The notes: a model not told the origin generated them from the sequence alone. DNA of 64,000 nt from Actinomycetes bacterium (GCA_046565745.1 JBKHYA010000002.1:2350-66349); one strand, 5' to 3'. Numbered from the stretch's first letter, positions 43,534 to 58,029 are shown. Program-made: numbers and translations.

Positions 43534-44322
43534 TCACTTCTCGACGAGCGTGACCTCGAAGGCGTAGACGTCGGGCTGGTAGCAGTGCCGGCCGTACTCG
43601 ACCGCTCGCCCCGAGGCGTCGAAGGCGGTGCGCTCCATCGTGAGCACGGCGCCGCCGCGCTCCAGACCGAGGATGTCCGCCTCCTCCGCGATCGCCTTCC
43701 GAGCGCCGATGCGCTGCTGGGCGACGCGCATCGTGATGCCGCGCGTGCGCAGCATCTGATAGAGCCCGTGCTCTTCGATGTCGGAGGTCGAAAGGTCGGC
43801 GACATCGGAAGGGAGCCAGTTCTCGAGGATGGCGACCGGGATCCCGTCGGCACGGCGGACGCGCCGCAGGTGCACGACGGGCGCGCCCTCGTCGACGCCG
43901 AGGTGCGTGGCGACATGACCGGGGGCCTCGACGATGTCCATTGACAGCACGTCGGTGCTCGGGTTTTTCCCGCTCTGGACGAGGTCGTCGTAGAGGCTCG
44001 TGAGTTCGAGCCCGCGCGTGACCTGGCCCTGCACGACCTGCGTGCCGATGCCGCGGCGGCGCACGAGCAGCCCCTTCGCCACGACCTCTTGGATGGCGCG
44101 GCGCACCGTCGGTCGGCTGAGGCCCAGGCGGTTGCCGAGAGCGACCTCGTTCTCGAGGCGCGCACCCGGGGGCAGGTCGCCCTCGCGGATGGCCTTCTCG
44201 ATGATCTGCGCGACCTGGAAGTAGAGGGGGATGGGCCCCGAGCGGTCGAGCTGCATGAAGGTGCTGAGGGGCAGCACGACCTCGGGCGAGGCGGAGCCGC
44301 CCGCGGGAGTGGAGACTGACAT
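43534..44322 (-). CDS. iolR: GntR (HutC/UTRA) regulator, probable IolR
   Basis: PLYFQ..LENE..SRPTVRRA..RRGIGT HTH plus UTRA domain; own promoter carries TGCCCTAACA (44342-44351). Confidence 0.8.
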   Translation of the reverse strand: MSVSTPAGGSASPEVVLPLSTFMQLDRSGPIPLYFQVAQIIEKAIREGDLPPGARLENEVALGNRLGLSRPTVRRAIQEVVAKGLLVRRRGIGTQVVQGQVTRGLELTSLYDDLVQSGKNPSTDVLSMDIVEAPGHVATHLGVDEGAPVVHLRRVRRADGIPVAILENWLPSDVADLSTSDIEEHGLYQMLRTRGITMRVAQQRIGARKAIAEEADILGLERGGAVLTMERTAFDASGRAVEYGRHCYQPDVYAFEVTLVEK

Positions 44323-44496
44323 GCCCTCTACTATGCCAGTTTGCCCTAACATTTCAGCTCTCGACGCGACAGCTGCGGGGCCGGGAGAGTCGCGAAACGC
44401 ACATCTTCGTCCCCCGGGCGGGGGTCGAATGGCCCGACGGTTGCTACGCTGAGCCACGAACGACCGCACGACCACAATCGAAAACCGGGCCGCAAC

Positions 44497-44715
44497 GCGA
44501 TGCGGGAGAGCCGACGGGGCGCACGCCGCCGCCGGCACCGAAGGAGCAAGCCTCCCCGCCAATCTCTCAGGTACGTGTACCGCATCTGCCAGGCCGCTCT
44601 GAAAAGCAGCACGCGCATCCCTCACGGATGCCCGGCTCGCCCACGGTGAAAGCGACATCCAGACCGGCACGACCGGAACGGGCGCGCGAAGCTCTCAGGC
44701 ACCATGACAGAGGGG
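44497..44715 (+). ncRNA. Tandem glycine riboswitch
   Basis: Aptamer 1 GGGAGAG..CACCGAAGGAGCAA..AATCTCTCAGG..ACCGCATC; aptamer 2 CTCTGAAAAG..CACGGTGAAA..CTCTCAGG..ACAGAG; upstream of gcvT. Confidence 0.93.
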
Positions 44716-44754
44716 GAGTTCCACCGGCCTTCAGCGCGTCAGGAGAACTCCACG

Positions 44755-45885
44755 ATGACCGATCCGACCCCCGCGACTCCCCGGCTGTCGCCCCTGCACG
44801 AGCAGCACCTCGCTCTCGGCGCGAGCTTCACCGACTTCGCGGGCTGGCAGATGCCCGTTCGCTACACCTCCGACCTCGCCGAGCACCACGCCGTGCGCAC
44901 CGCCGCCGGGCTGTTCGACATCTCGCACATGGCCGAGATCGCCGTCGCCGGCGACGACGCCGGCGCCTTCCTCGACGCCGCTCTCGCCGGCCGCCTCTCG
45001 ACGCTGCCCGTCGGCCGCGCGAAGTACTCGCTCGTGCTCGACGAGAGCGGCGGCATCGTCGACGACCTCATCGTCTACCGTCTCTCAGAACCCGAGTACC
45101 TCGTCGTCGCGAACGCCTCGAACAGGGATGCCGTTCTCGCCGCCCTGACCGCCCGAACCGCCGAACACGCGGTCGCCCTCGACGACCGCACCGACGTCGT
45201 GGCCCTCATCGCCGTGCAGGGGCCCGCTGCGCGCGCCATCCTCGAGGCGACCCCCGGGTTCGCCGTCGAGGGCCTCGACGCTCTGCGCTACTACGCCTGG
45301 GCCCCCGGCGCCTTCGCGGTCGGCGACGAGAGCGTCGCGGTCATGGTCGCCCGCACCGGCTACACGGGCGAAGACGGCTTCGAGCTCTACCTCGACACGG
45401 GGCACGCTCCCGCGCTGTGGGAAGCGCTGCTCGCCGCGGGCGAGCCGCTCGGGCTCGTGCCCGCGGGGCTCGCGGCACGCGACACCCTGCGACTCGAGGC
45501 GGGCATGCCGCTCTACGGCCATGAGCTCGGGTTGAGCATCCAGCCGGTGCAGGCCGGGCTCGCCCGCGTCGTCGCGACCGACAAGCCCGCCTTTGTCGGC
45601 AAGTCCGCGATCGAGGCCGGCCCGGGCGACGACGCACGCGTGCTCGTGGGCCTTGTCGCAGACGGCAAGCGCGCCGCCCGCGCCGGCTACCCGGTGATGC
45701 TCGGCGACGAGACGATCGGCGAGGTCACCTCGGGCGCGCTCTCGCCGACCCTCGGCCACCCCATCGCGATGGCCTTCGTGCACCCGGCGCACGCCGCCGT
45801 CGGCACGACCCTCGACCTCGACGTCCGCGGCAGCCGCATCCCCGCGACCGTCGTCCCCCTTCCCTTCTACAAGCGAGAGGCATGA
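44755..45885 (+). CDS. gcvT: Glycine cleavage T protein
   Basis: [33 protein letters not shown]. Confidence 0.97.
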   Translation: MTDPTPATPRLSPLHEQHLALGASFTDFAGWQMPVRYTSDLAEHHAVRTAAGLFDISHMAEIAVAGDDAGAFLDAALAGRLSTLPVGRAKYSLVLDESGGIVDDLIVYRLSEPEYLVVANASNRDAVLAALTARTAEHAVALDDRTDVVALIAVQGPAARAILEATPGFAVEGLDALRYYAWAPGAFAVGDESVAVMVARTGYTGEDGFELYLDTGHAPALWEALLAAGEPLGLVPAGLAARDTLRLEAGMPLYGHELGLSIQPVQAGLARVVATDKPAFVGKSAIEAGPGDDARVLVGLVADGKRAARAGYPVMLGDETIGEVTSGALSPTLGHPIAMAFVHPAHAAVGTTLDLDVRGSRIPATVVPLPFYKREA

Positions 45886-45887
45886 CC

Positions 45888-46262
45888 ATGAGCGCAGTTC
45901 CCGCCGACCTGCAGTACACCGCCGAGCACGAGTGGGTGCGCCTCGAGGGCGACGTCGCCACCGTGGGCATCACGCAGTACGCCGCCGACGCGCTCGGCGA
46001 CGTGGTCTACGTCGACCTGCCCAAGGTCGGCTCGAGCGTGACCTCGGGCTCGATCGTCGGCGAGGTCGAGTCGACCAAGTCGGTCGGCGAGCTCTACGCG
46101 CCGCTCGACGGCGAGGTCGTCGAGGCGAACGACGCCGTCGTCGACGCGCCCGAGACCATCAACTCCGACCCGTACGGCGACGGCTGGCTCGTAAAGGTCC
46201 GGGTCTCCGAGACCCCGACGCTCATGAGCGCCGACGAGTACCGCGCCCTCATCGGCGAGTAG
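45888..46262 (+). CDS. gcvH: Glycine cleavage H protein
   Basis: EHEW, ESTKSV lipoyl Lys, NSDPYGDGW; alternative start 45882. Confidence 0.97.
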   Translation: MSAVPADLQYTAEHEWVRLEGDVATVGITQYAADALGDVVYVDLPKVGSSVTSGSIVGEVESTKSVGELYAPLDGEVVEANDAVVDAPETINSDPYGDGWLVKVRVSETPTLMSADEYRALIGE

Positions 46263-46277
46263 GAGCATCCGCACCCC

Positions 46278-49217
<2,940 letters not shown>

Positions 49218-49239
49218 CGGCGCCCGCCTCGATCGGCGT

Positions 49240-49299
49240 CCACACGGAATCGGACACACCACACGCCCGATTCCGTGTGGTGTGACCCGAACCGTGTGG
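49240..49299. repeat. Nested palindromic element (REP-like)
   Basis: CCACACG/CGTGTGG units forming a 14-bp perfect stem or an alternative long interrupted stem. Confidence 0.65.
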
Positions 49300-49359
49300 G
49301 CTGCCAGTCCGGACGCCGGGGACGACCTCGCGGGATGGGCAGGTCGCGACGGGCGTCGC

Positions 49360-49869
49360 CTAGGAGGCGGCGGACTCGTCGAGCCCGGGGGCGCCGGGCA
49401 GCAGCGCGAGCTGCTCCCGGATCGTCGCCGCGCTCTGGTACGTCACGCCGACGAGCGCGACGTGCTTCCAGCGGAGCACGCCGTCGGCGTCGATGACGAA
49501 GATCGAGCGGCGCACGCCCACGCCGAACAGCCCGACCCCGTAGGCGTCGACGACGTCGCCGCGCTCGTCCGCGAGGAGCGGGAAGGTGAGCTTCGAGCGC
49601 CGGGCGAACGATTCGTGCGATGCCGCGCCCTGGCGGCTGATCGCCCACACCTCGGCCCCGAGCTCCTCGAAGCCGGCGAGCTCGCTCTGGTAGTTGCAGA
49701 GCTGCGCGGTGCAGCCGGGCGAGGCGTCGGCGGGGTAGAACGCGAGCACGAGGGGCGAGCCGTGGTGCTCGCGCAGCGAGAAGAGGCGGTGCTGAGCATC
49801 CGCACCCCGCATCGTCACTCCGGGAAGGGTGAAGTCGGGGGCGAGCTGACCGATCTCGGGCTGGGGCAT
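49360..49869 (-). CDS. bcp: Peroxiredoxin (BCP/PrxQ)
   Basis: APDFTL, FYP...PGCTAQLC, RRSIFVID. Confidence 0.85.
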   Translation of the reverse strand: MPQPEIGQLAPDFTLPGVTMRGADAQHRLFSLREHHGSPLVLAFYPADASPGCTAQLCNYQSELAGFEELGAEVWAISRQGAASHESFARRSKLTFPLLADERGDVVDAYGVGLFGVGVRRSIFVIDADGVLRWKHVALVGVTYQSAATIREQLALLPGAPGLDESAAS

Positions 49870-49878
49870 GCGGCGAGG

Positions 49879-50676
49879 CTAGGCGGGCAACCCGAGAAGT
49901 TCCGGGAACTCCGACGCCGCCCAGGGGTATCCCACGAAGATCACAGCGTTGAGGGCGGTGTGACCGATCACGAGGGGGAGGACGCGGCCCGTGCGCGTGT
50001 AGACCCAGCCGAACACGATGCCCATGACGAAGTTCCCGATGAACGCGCCGAACCCCTGGTAGAGGTGGTACGTCGCCCGCAGGAGCGCGCTCGTGAGGAT
50101 GATCGCCCACGGGCTCCAGCGGAGGTCGCGCAGGCGGGCGAAGAGGTAGCCGACCGCGATGACCTCCTCGGTGACGCCGGCGCGGAGGGCCGCGAGCAGG
50201 AGCACCGGCACCGTCCACCAGAAGGTGTCGAGCGCGGTGGGCACGACGGTCACGGTGATGCCGAGCGCGCGGCCCGCGACGTAGAGGGCGAGGCCCGGCG
50301 CCCCGATGAGCACCGCGAGACCGAGGCCGTCGCGGGTGTCGCGCCACGGCCGAGTGCCGTCGATGCCGAGACGCCCGAGATGCGGTCGCGCCGCCCGCCA
50401 GAGCAGGAACGCCACGAGGGCCACCGGGACGAGGTCGAAGAAGATCGCGAGCAGCTGGTAGATGAGGTCGAAGACCTCGCGCTCGTCGCGCGAGAGGTTG
50501 ATCGTGGCCGTCTGCTGCGAGAGGGGCACCTCGCGCGTCACGCGGTTGACGATCGCGACGAGCGAGTACACGGCGCTCGCCCCGAGCGAGAGCCCGAGGA
50601 CGATCAGGATCTCCGCCCTGATGCGACGTCGAGAGGGGATGCCCGTGCTGATGTCGGGCGCAGAGAGCGCGGTCAT
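49879..50676 (-). CDS. CPBP (Abi/CAAX) intramembrane glutamic endopeptidase
   Basis: EEVI, YHLYQG, GH..N motifs; multiple TMs. Confidence 0.9.
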   Translation of the reverse strand: MTALSAPDISTGIPSRRRIRAEILIVLGLSLGASAVYSLVAIVNRVTREVPLSQQTATINLSRDEREVFDLIYQLLAIFFDLVPVALVAFLLWRAARPHLGRLGIDGTRPWRDTRDGLGLAVLIGAPGLALYVAGRALGITVTVVPTALDTFWWTVPVLLLAALRAGVTEEVIAVGYLFARLRDLRWSPWAIILTSALLRATYHLYQGFGAFIGNFVMGIVFGWVYTRTGRVLPLVIGHTALNAVIFVGYPWAASEFPELLGLPA

Positions 50677-50920
50677 GGCAGAAGTATCGCGCGTGCGGCT
50701 CGCTCCCGCCCGAGCGCGCTTGTGGGCCAGCGGCAGGATCTGGCCCCGAACTCGCCTGCTCTTTAGAGCTCGGGAACAGAACGACAGGCGACGGATGCTC
50801 AGCTCGAGTCCGCGTCGCGCGCAGTGACCTGGGAGTATCCGCGCCCCGGCGCAAGAATCATGCGTCGTGAGGCCCGACTGACGCAATTATCCGGATCCGT
50901 GCACAGCATTGCTCGAATGT

Positions 50921-50938
50921 CGTTACCGGTGTGTAACG
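50921..50938. promoter_or_regulatory. Putative GlnR/MtrA-type site
   Basis: cGTTAC-n6-GTAACg upstream of peptide ABC operon. Confidence 0.5.
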
Positions 50939-51051
50939 AATACCCCTAGGGTTTGGCGGGCATGTGACCCTCTCTCTAGGGTCATACCCAATAGGCGTGA
51001 CGGCGCGCTCAAACTGCGGCCGACGCGTGTCCATCTTGCACAGGAGGAAAA

Positions 51052-52866
51052 TTGCGAATCAGCAGAATCGGGGCAGCTAGCGCGGCCACGATCGCGGCGA
51101 GCGCCCTCGTACTCTCGGCTTGCGCTGCACCGCAGCAGGAGTCCGAAGTCGTCGAAGGAAGCTCCATCACGGTCGCGTGGAACCAGCCGTTCTACTCGTA
51201 CAACAGCAACACGTCGTTCGGTAACGCCACGGCGAACGCGAACATCGTGTACATGACGAGCGGCGCGTTCAACTACTACGACAACACGCCCGAGCTCCAG
51301 AAGGACGAGTCGTTCGGCACCTACGAGGTCGTCTCGGAGGACCCGCTGGTCGTCGAGTACACGATCGCCGATGGCGTTCAGTGGTCCGACGGCACGCCCG
51401 TCGACGCCGCCGACATGCTCCTCGCGTGGGCCGCGAACTCGGGTGTGCCCAACACGCCCGACTTCGACCCGAGCGAGTTCACGGACCCGGAGACCGGTGA
51501 GTTCACCGAGGACTACCCGACCGACGTGGTCTTCTTCGATGGCGCGCTCGGCGGCGGCCTCGAGAACGTCTCGCAGGTCCCCGAGATCGATGGCAACACC
51601 ATCACGCTCGAGTACGACAACATCTTCGTCGACTGGGAGCTCGTGTTCGGTGTCGGCCTGCCGGCCCACGTCGTCGCGCAGCGCGCGCTCGGCATCGAGG
51701 ACGCCCAGGAGGCGAAGGACGCCCTCGTCGAGGCCATCCAGAACAACGACGAAGAGGCCCTCGCGTCGATCTCGTCCGTCTGGAACTCCGACTGGAACTT
51801 CTCGGAGATGCCCTCCGAGGAGGACGCCAACCTGCTCGTCGTCAACGGCCCGTACGTGATCTCGGACTTCGTGGCCGACCAGTACATCACGCTGACCGCC
51901 AACGAGAACTACGTCGGCGAGAACACCCCGCAGATCGAAGAGGTCACCGTCCGCTTCATCACCGACCCGCTCGCGGCCGTCCAGGCGCTCGCGAACGGCG
52001 AGGTCGACGTCATCAGCCCCCAGGCCACGGCCGACGTGGCTGACGCGCTCGCGGAGCTCGACGGCGTCACGGTCCTCAACAGCGTCGAGGGCACCTACGA
52101 GCACATCGACCTCCAGTTCGACCAGTCGAAGAGCGGCACGTTCAACGACCCGCTCGTGCGCGAGGCCTTCCTCAAGACGATCCCGCGTCAGCAGATCGTC
52201 GACACCCTCATCAAGCCGCTCAACCCTGAGGCCGAGGTGCGCAACTCGCAGCTCTTCGTCCCGGGCGCGCCCGGCTACGACGAGACCGTCGAGGGCAACG
52301 GCATGGCTGAGAACTTCGGCGAGGTCGACATCGAGGGCGCCGCGGCGCTCCTCGCCGAGGCCGGCGTCACGAGCCCCGAGGTCTGCATCCTCTACGCGAC
52401 GAACAACCCCCGCCGCGTGAACGAGTTCGCGCTCATCCAGGAGTCGGCCAACCAGGCAGGCTTCAACGTGACCGACTGCGGCAGCGACAACTGGGGCGGC
52501 CTCCTCGGCACCCCCGGTGCCTACGACGCCACGTTCTTCGGATGGCAGTCGACGAGCCTCGGTGTGACCAACAGCTCGGCGACCTTCCGCACCGGTGGCA
52601 TCAACAACCTGAACTACTACTCGAACCCCGAGGTCGACGAGCTCCTCACCGAGCTCGACACGGCCCTGGAGCCCGAGCGTCAGATCGAGATCCAGCTCGA
52701 GATCGACCGTCTCCTCATGGATGACGCGTACGGTCTGACGATCTTCCAGTTCCCCGGAATCACGGCGTACAGCGACCGCGTCGAGGGCGTCAGCCCTGGC
52801 CCGCTCTCGCCGACGATCTTCTGGAACATCTGGGACTGGACGCCGACTGACAGCGAAAGCGAGTAA
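51052..52866 (+). CDS. Peptide ABC transporter substrate-binding lipoprotein (family 5)
   Basis: TTG start with AGGAGG; lipobox LSAC; WSDGTPV, GPY, VREA. Confidence 0.93.
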   Translation: MRISRIGAASAATIAASALVLSACAAPQQESEVVEGSSITVAWNQPFYSYNSNTSFGNATANANIVYMTSGAFNYYDNTPELQKDESFGTYEVVSEDPLVVEYTIADGVQWSDGTPVDAADMLLAWAANSGVPNTPDFDPSEFTDPETGEFTEDYPTDVVFFDGALGGGLENVSQVPEIDGNTITLEYDNIFVDWELVFGVGLPAHVVAQRALGIEDAQEAKDALVEAIQNNDEEALASISSVWNSDWNFSEMPSEEDANLLVVNGPYVISDFVADQYITLTANENYVGENTPQIEEVTVRFITDPLAAVQALANGEVDVISPQATADVADALAELDGVTVLNSVEGTYEHIDLQFDQSKSGTFNDPLVREAFLKTIPRQQIVDTLIKPLNPEAEVRNSQLFVPGAPGYDETVEGNGMAENFGEVDIEGAAALLAEAGVTSPEVCILYATNNPRRVNEFALIQESANQAGFNVTDCGSDNWGGLLGTPGAYDATFFGWQSTSLGVTNSSATFRTGGINNLNYYSNPEVDELLTELDTALEPERQIEIQLEIDRLLMDDAYGLTIFQFPGITAYSDRVEGVSPGPLSPTIFWNIWDWTPTDSESE

Positions 52867-52941
52867 GTCCGAGCCTCTCGGGCTGATCACGTCAGTCAGC
52901 TGACTCAGCACCAGGGGCGCTCCAGGATTCAGTTAGGTAGG

Positions 52942-54477
52942 GTGCCATTTCCGATGGCCACATTCGTTATCCGGCGACTCATCGCCTCCGTCTTCGTCCT
53001 CCTCGCCGCGACGTACATCATGTACAACCTCGTGGCGCTCTCGGGTGATCCCCTCGAGGACCTCCGTCAGAGCAGCGCTCCCAACAAGGAGCAGCTCATC
53101 GAGTCGCGAATCCGACTCCTCAATCTCGATGTCGCACCGCCGCTGCGGTACTTCATCTGGTTCGGCAACGTCATCACCGGCAACTTCGGCGTGACCGTCG
53201 AGGGCCGCAGCGTCAACGCTCTGCTCGAGCAGGCTCTCGGGTCGACCGTGCAGCTCGTCACGATCTCCACGATCGTCGCGATCTTCCTCGGCCTGATCGT
53301 CGGTATCACGACGGCGCTCCGCCAGTACTCGGGCTACGACTACAGCGTCACCTTCATCTCGTTCCTCTTCTTCTCGCTGCCGATCTTCTGGGTCGCCGTT
53401 CTGCTGAAGCAGTTCGTGGCCATCGGGTTCAACGACTTCCTCGAGGACGACCCGCAGCTCCCGCTGCTACTCATCGCGGTACTCGCTCTGGTTTCGGGCG
53501 CTCTGTGGGCATCGGTCATCCCGGGGTCGGCGCGCCGAAAGGCCATCACTTTCGCGATCGCGGCCGTCGCCACCGTCGCGCTGCTCACCGTCATGAACCT
53601 CACCGACTGGTTCAGCAGCCCGTCCCTCACGATCGGCGGCGTCGCGATCATGGGCATCGGAGCCGCGGTCGGCTTCACCGCCATGATCACGGGGCTCGCC
53701 AATCGCCGCGCGCTCATCGCAGCCCTCATCGTCGCGGGCCTCGGGATCGCGCTGTACTACCCCTTCCAGTACAACCTCTCGTTCTACGTGACCGAGTGGT
53801 GGATGCTGCTGGCACTCGGAGTCCTCACCGCGCTCGTGAGCGGGGCGATCGGATACTTCGCCGGCGGGCATGACCGAGGCCCGGTCATCCGCGTCGCGAT
53901 CTTCACCGGTCTCACGGCAGCGTTCGTCATCGCGCTCGACCGCTTCATGCTCGTGTGGGACGACTACGCGAACTCGGGCCGCGTCCGCGGCCGACCCATC
54001 GCGACGATCGGCGCGTCGACGCCGAACCTCGAGGGGTCGCTGTGGGTGGAGGGTGTCGACATCTACACCCACCTCCTGCTGCCGACGCTCGCGCTCATCC
54101 TCATCTCGTTCGCGACCTATACCCGGTACTCCCGCGCGAGCCTGCTCGAGGTGCTCAACCAGGACTACATCCGCACGGCGCGAGCGAAGGGCCTCTCCGA
54201 GCGCACGGTCGTGGTCCGCCACGCCTTCCGCAATGCGCTCATCCCGATCGCGACGATCGTCGCGTTCGACATCGGCGGGCTCATCGGCGGCGCGATCATC
54301 ACCGAGCGCGTCTTCGGCTGGACGGGCATGGGATCGCTCTTCCAGAACGGTCTGCAGCGCGTCGATCCGAACCCCGTCATGGCCTTCTTCGTCATCGTCG
54401 GCGGGCTCGCGATCCTCTTCAACCTGATCGCCGACCTCGTCTACGCCGCCCTCGACCCGCGAATCCGAGTGAACTGA
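52942..54477 (+). CDS. Peptide ABC permease (OppB/DppB-like) with large internal TM insertion
   Basis: DYIRTARAKGL..HAFRNAL EAA loop, ADLVYAALDPRIR; alternative start 52954. Confidence 0.92.
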   Translation: MPFPMATFVIRRLIASVFVLLAATYIMYNLVALSGDPLEDLRQSSAPNKEQLIESRIRLLNLDVAPPLRYFIWFGNVITGNFGVTVEGRSVNALLEQALGSTVQLVTISTIVAIFLGLIVGITTALRQYSGYDYSVTFISFLFFSLPIFWVAVLLKQFVAIGFNDFLEDDPQLPLLLIAVLALVSGALWASVIPGSARRKAITFAIAAVATVALLTVMNLTDWFSSPSLTIGGVAIMGIGAAVGFTAMITGLANRRALIAALIVAGLGIALYYPFQYNLSFYVTEWWMLLALGVLTALVSGAIGYFAGGHDRGPVIRVAIFTGLTAAFVIALDRFMLVWDDYANSGRVRGRPIATIGASTPNLEGSLWVEGVDIYTHLLLPTLALILISFATYTRYSRASLLEVLNQDYIRTARAKGLSERTVVVRHAFRNALIPIATIVAFDIGGLIGGAIITERVFGWTGMGSLFQNGLQRVDPNPVMAFFVIVGGLAILFNLIADLVYAALDPRIRVN

Positions 54478-55676
54478 TGACCAACGCACCCCTTCCCGAG
54501 CCCGGGCACAGCGCGGGCAGCGTGACCGACGCCGAGAACAACCTCGAGCTCAAGGAGATCGAGGGCCTCAGTCAGGGCCAGATCGTCCGACGGCGCTTCT
54601 TCCGGCACCGCGGCGCTCTCGTGTCGATGGTCGTGCTCGCGTTCATCATCATCCTGGCGTTCTCGTCCGTCGGCCTCGCCTTCAGCTTCTTCGGGATCGA
54701 CATCCGGACGCCCGGATGGTGGCAGTGGAACTGGACGCAGATCCCCGACCCGCAGAACGGGGGAGCGCCGACGCTGAGTCTCGTCCCCGAGTTCATGGGC
54801 GGCGACGGCGTCCGCTTCGGCGACCACCCGTTCGGTCAGGACGAGGTCGGTCGCGATATCTTCGCCGTCGTCATGCGCGGCACGCAGCAGTCGATCGTCA
54901 TCATGGTCGTCGTGGGCATCATCGGCGTGACGATCGGCACCGTCGTCGGCGCGATCTCGGGCTTCTTCCGCGGCTGGCGCGACTCGGTGCTCATGCGCTT
55001 CACCGACATCATCATCACGATCCCCGTGATCGTCGTCGGTGCCGTCGTCGGTCGTGCGGTCGGCAACCAGGGCGCGTTCGCTCTCGCGATCGTGCTCGGA
55101 CTGTTCGCGTGGACGGGACTCGCTCGCCTGGTGCGCGCCGAGGTGCTGAGCCTGCGCGAGCGCGAGTTCGTCGACGCGGCGCGCGTCGCCGGAGCGAGCA
55201 ACCGCCGCATCATCTTCAAGCACGTCCTGCCCAACGCGATCGGCGTCATCATCGTCAACGCGACCCTGCTCATGGCGGCGGCGATCCTGCTCGAGACGGC
55301 ACTGAGCTTCCTCGGCTTCGGCGTGCAGTCGCCCGACACCTCGCTCGGCAAGATCATCAGCGACAACCAGGCGGCCTTCGGTACGCGCCCGTGGCTGTTC
55401 TGGTGGCCGGGCGCATTCATCATCGCGATCGCGCTGTGCATCAACTTCATCGGCGACGGTCTGCGCGATGCGTTCGACCCGCGTCAGAAGCGGCTGCCCA
55501 GCTCCCGCGCGCTCGCCCGGGCGACGGCCAACCGCAACGACCTCGCGCGCGCCGAGGCGCTCGTGGGGACGCGCGGTGCCGACAACCAGGTCGACGGCTC
55601 GCTCGCACCGCGCAGCACGACGACCCTCGACGAGGGTGACGAGCGGCCGACGCACGGCTCGCGAGGCGACGCCTGA
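54477..55676 (+). CDS. Peptide ABC permease (OppC/DppC-like)
   Basis: HPFGQD..GRD, EFVDAAR..GAS, LSFLGFG, GDGLRDAFDP. Confidence 0.93.
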   Translation: MTNAPLPEPGHSAGSVTDAENNLELKEIEGLSQGQIVRRRFFRHRGALVSMVVLAFIIILAFSSVGLAFSFFGIDIRTPGWWQWNWTQIPDPQNGGAPTLSLVPEFMGGDGVRFGDHPFGQDEVGRDIFAVVMRGTQQSIVIMVVVGIIGVTIGTVVGAISGFFRGWRDSVLMRFTDIIITIPVIVVGAVVGRAVGNQGAFALAIVLGLFAWTGLARLVRAEVLSLREREFVDAARVAGASNRRIIFKHVLPNAIGVIIVNATLLMAAAILLETALSFLGFGVQSPDTSLGKIISDNQAAFGTRPWLFWWPGAFIIAIALCINFIGDGLRDAFDPRQKRLPSSRALARATANRNDLARAEALVGTRGADNQVDGSLAPRSTTTLDEGDERPTHGSRGDA

Positions 55677-55699
55677 TGCTCCTCCTGGCTCCCGCCGGA

Positions 55700-56305
55700 T
55701 CAGAGAACGAGGCCCGCGAGGCTGAGCGCCACGAGGCCGGCCACGATGCCGAGCTCGAGAACGTGCACGGTGCGGCGCGGCTGCGCCTCCGGGGCTTCGG
55801 GGCGCAGCAGGCCGTCGTCGCGCAGCTCCTCCCAGTGGCGGCGGATGACGTTCGCGGCGGCACCGCTGTCCGTGTTGAGCGCGTCACCCGGGCGGATGGA
55901 GCCGGCCACGTGCGCCGACTCCGACACGCGCAGGTCGTCGCGACCGAGCGTCATGGGCGTCCAGCGCGAGCCGGCGGGCGCCGCCCAGGCCTCGATGCGC
56001 TTGCCGCCCGCGCGGAGGGTGAGCGCCCACTTCGTGTCGATGAGCTGGATGCCCTCCCAGGGCAGCACCCACGAGACGAAGGGGTTGCGCACCTCGACGG
56101 CGTCCTCGCGCACCGCGACGCGCGGCAGCCAGAACAGCACGGCGGTGCCGTAGGCCATGAGGCCGAGCCACCAGCCGTAGCGCACGAGGCCGTCGATGTC
56201 GCCCGTGACCACGAACCCACCGAGACCCGCGAGCGCGAGAGCCGTCATGACGACGGTGAGCACGCGGCCGAAGAGCGGACGGAAGACGACGGGCTGGAAT
56301 CGCAT
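55700..56305 (-). CDS. PH-domain-containing membrane protein
   Basis: Two N-terminal TMs, PRVAV..VRNPF..LPW, AWAAP, C-terminal TM; CAGGCT 6 nt before ATG. Confidence 0.75.
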   Translation of the reverse strand: MRFQPVVFRPLFGRVLTVVMTALALAGLGGFVVTGDIDGLVRYGWWLGLMAYGTAVLFWLPRVAVREDAVEVRNPFVSWVLPWEGIQLIDTKWALTLRAGGKRIEAWAAPAGSRWTPMTLGRDDLRVSESAHVAGSIRPGDALNTDSGAAANVIRRHWEELRDDGLLRPEAPEAQPRRTVHVLELGIVAGLVALSLAGLVL

Positions 56306-56355
56306 GACGCCAGCCTGTCAGACCGCCGCGAACTGAACGCAGGGAAGGACCTCCC

Positions 56356-58029
<1,674 letters not shown>

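Noticed and set aside
26152-44352. 14-bp inverted repeats at both ends of the iol region as transposon ends
   Set aside because: They coincide with the IolR-type operator also found internally; no transposase or target duplication
44323-44670. N-terminal extension of the GntR ORF to 378 aa
   Set aside because: Runs antisense through the glycine riboswitch; start at 44322 matches the truncated paralogue and sits just below the operator
49240-49299. CRISPR array
   Set aside because: No repeat-spacer periodicity and no cas genes
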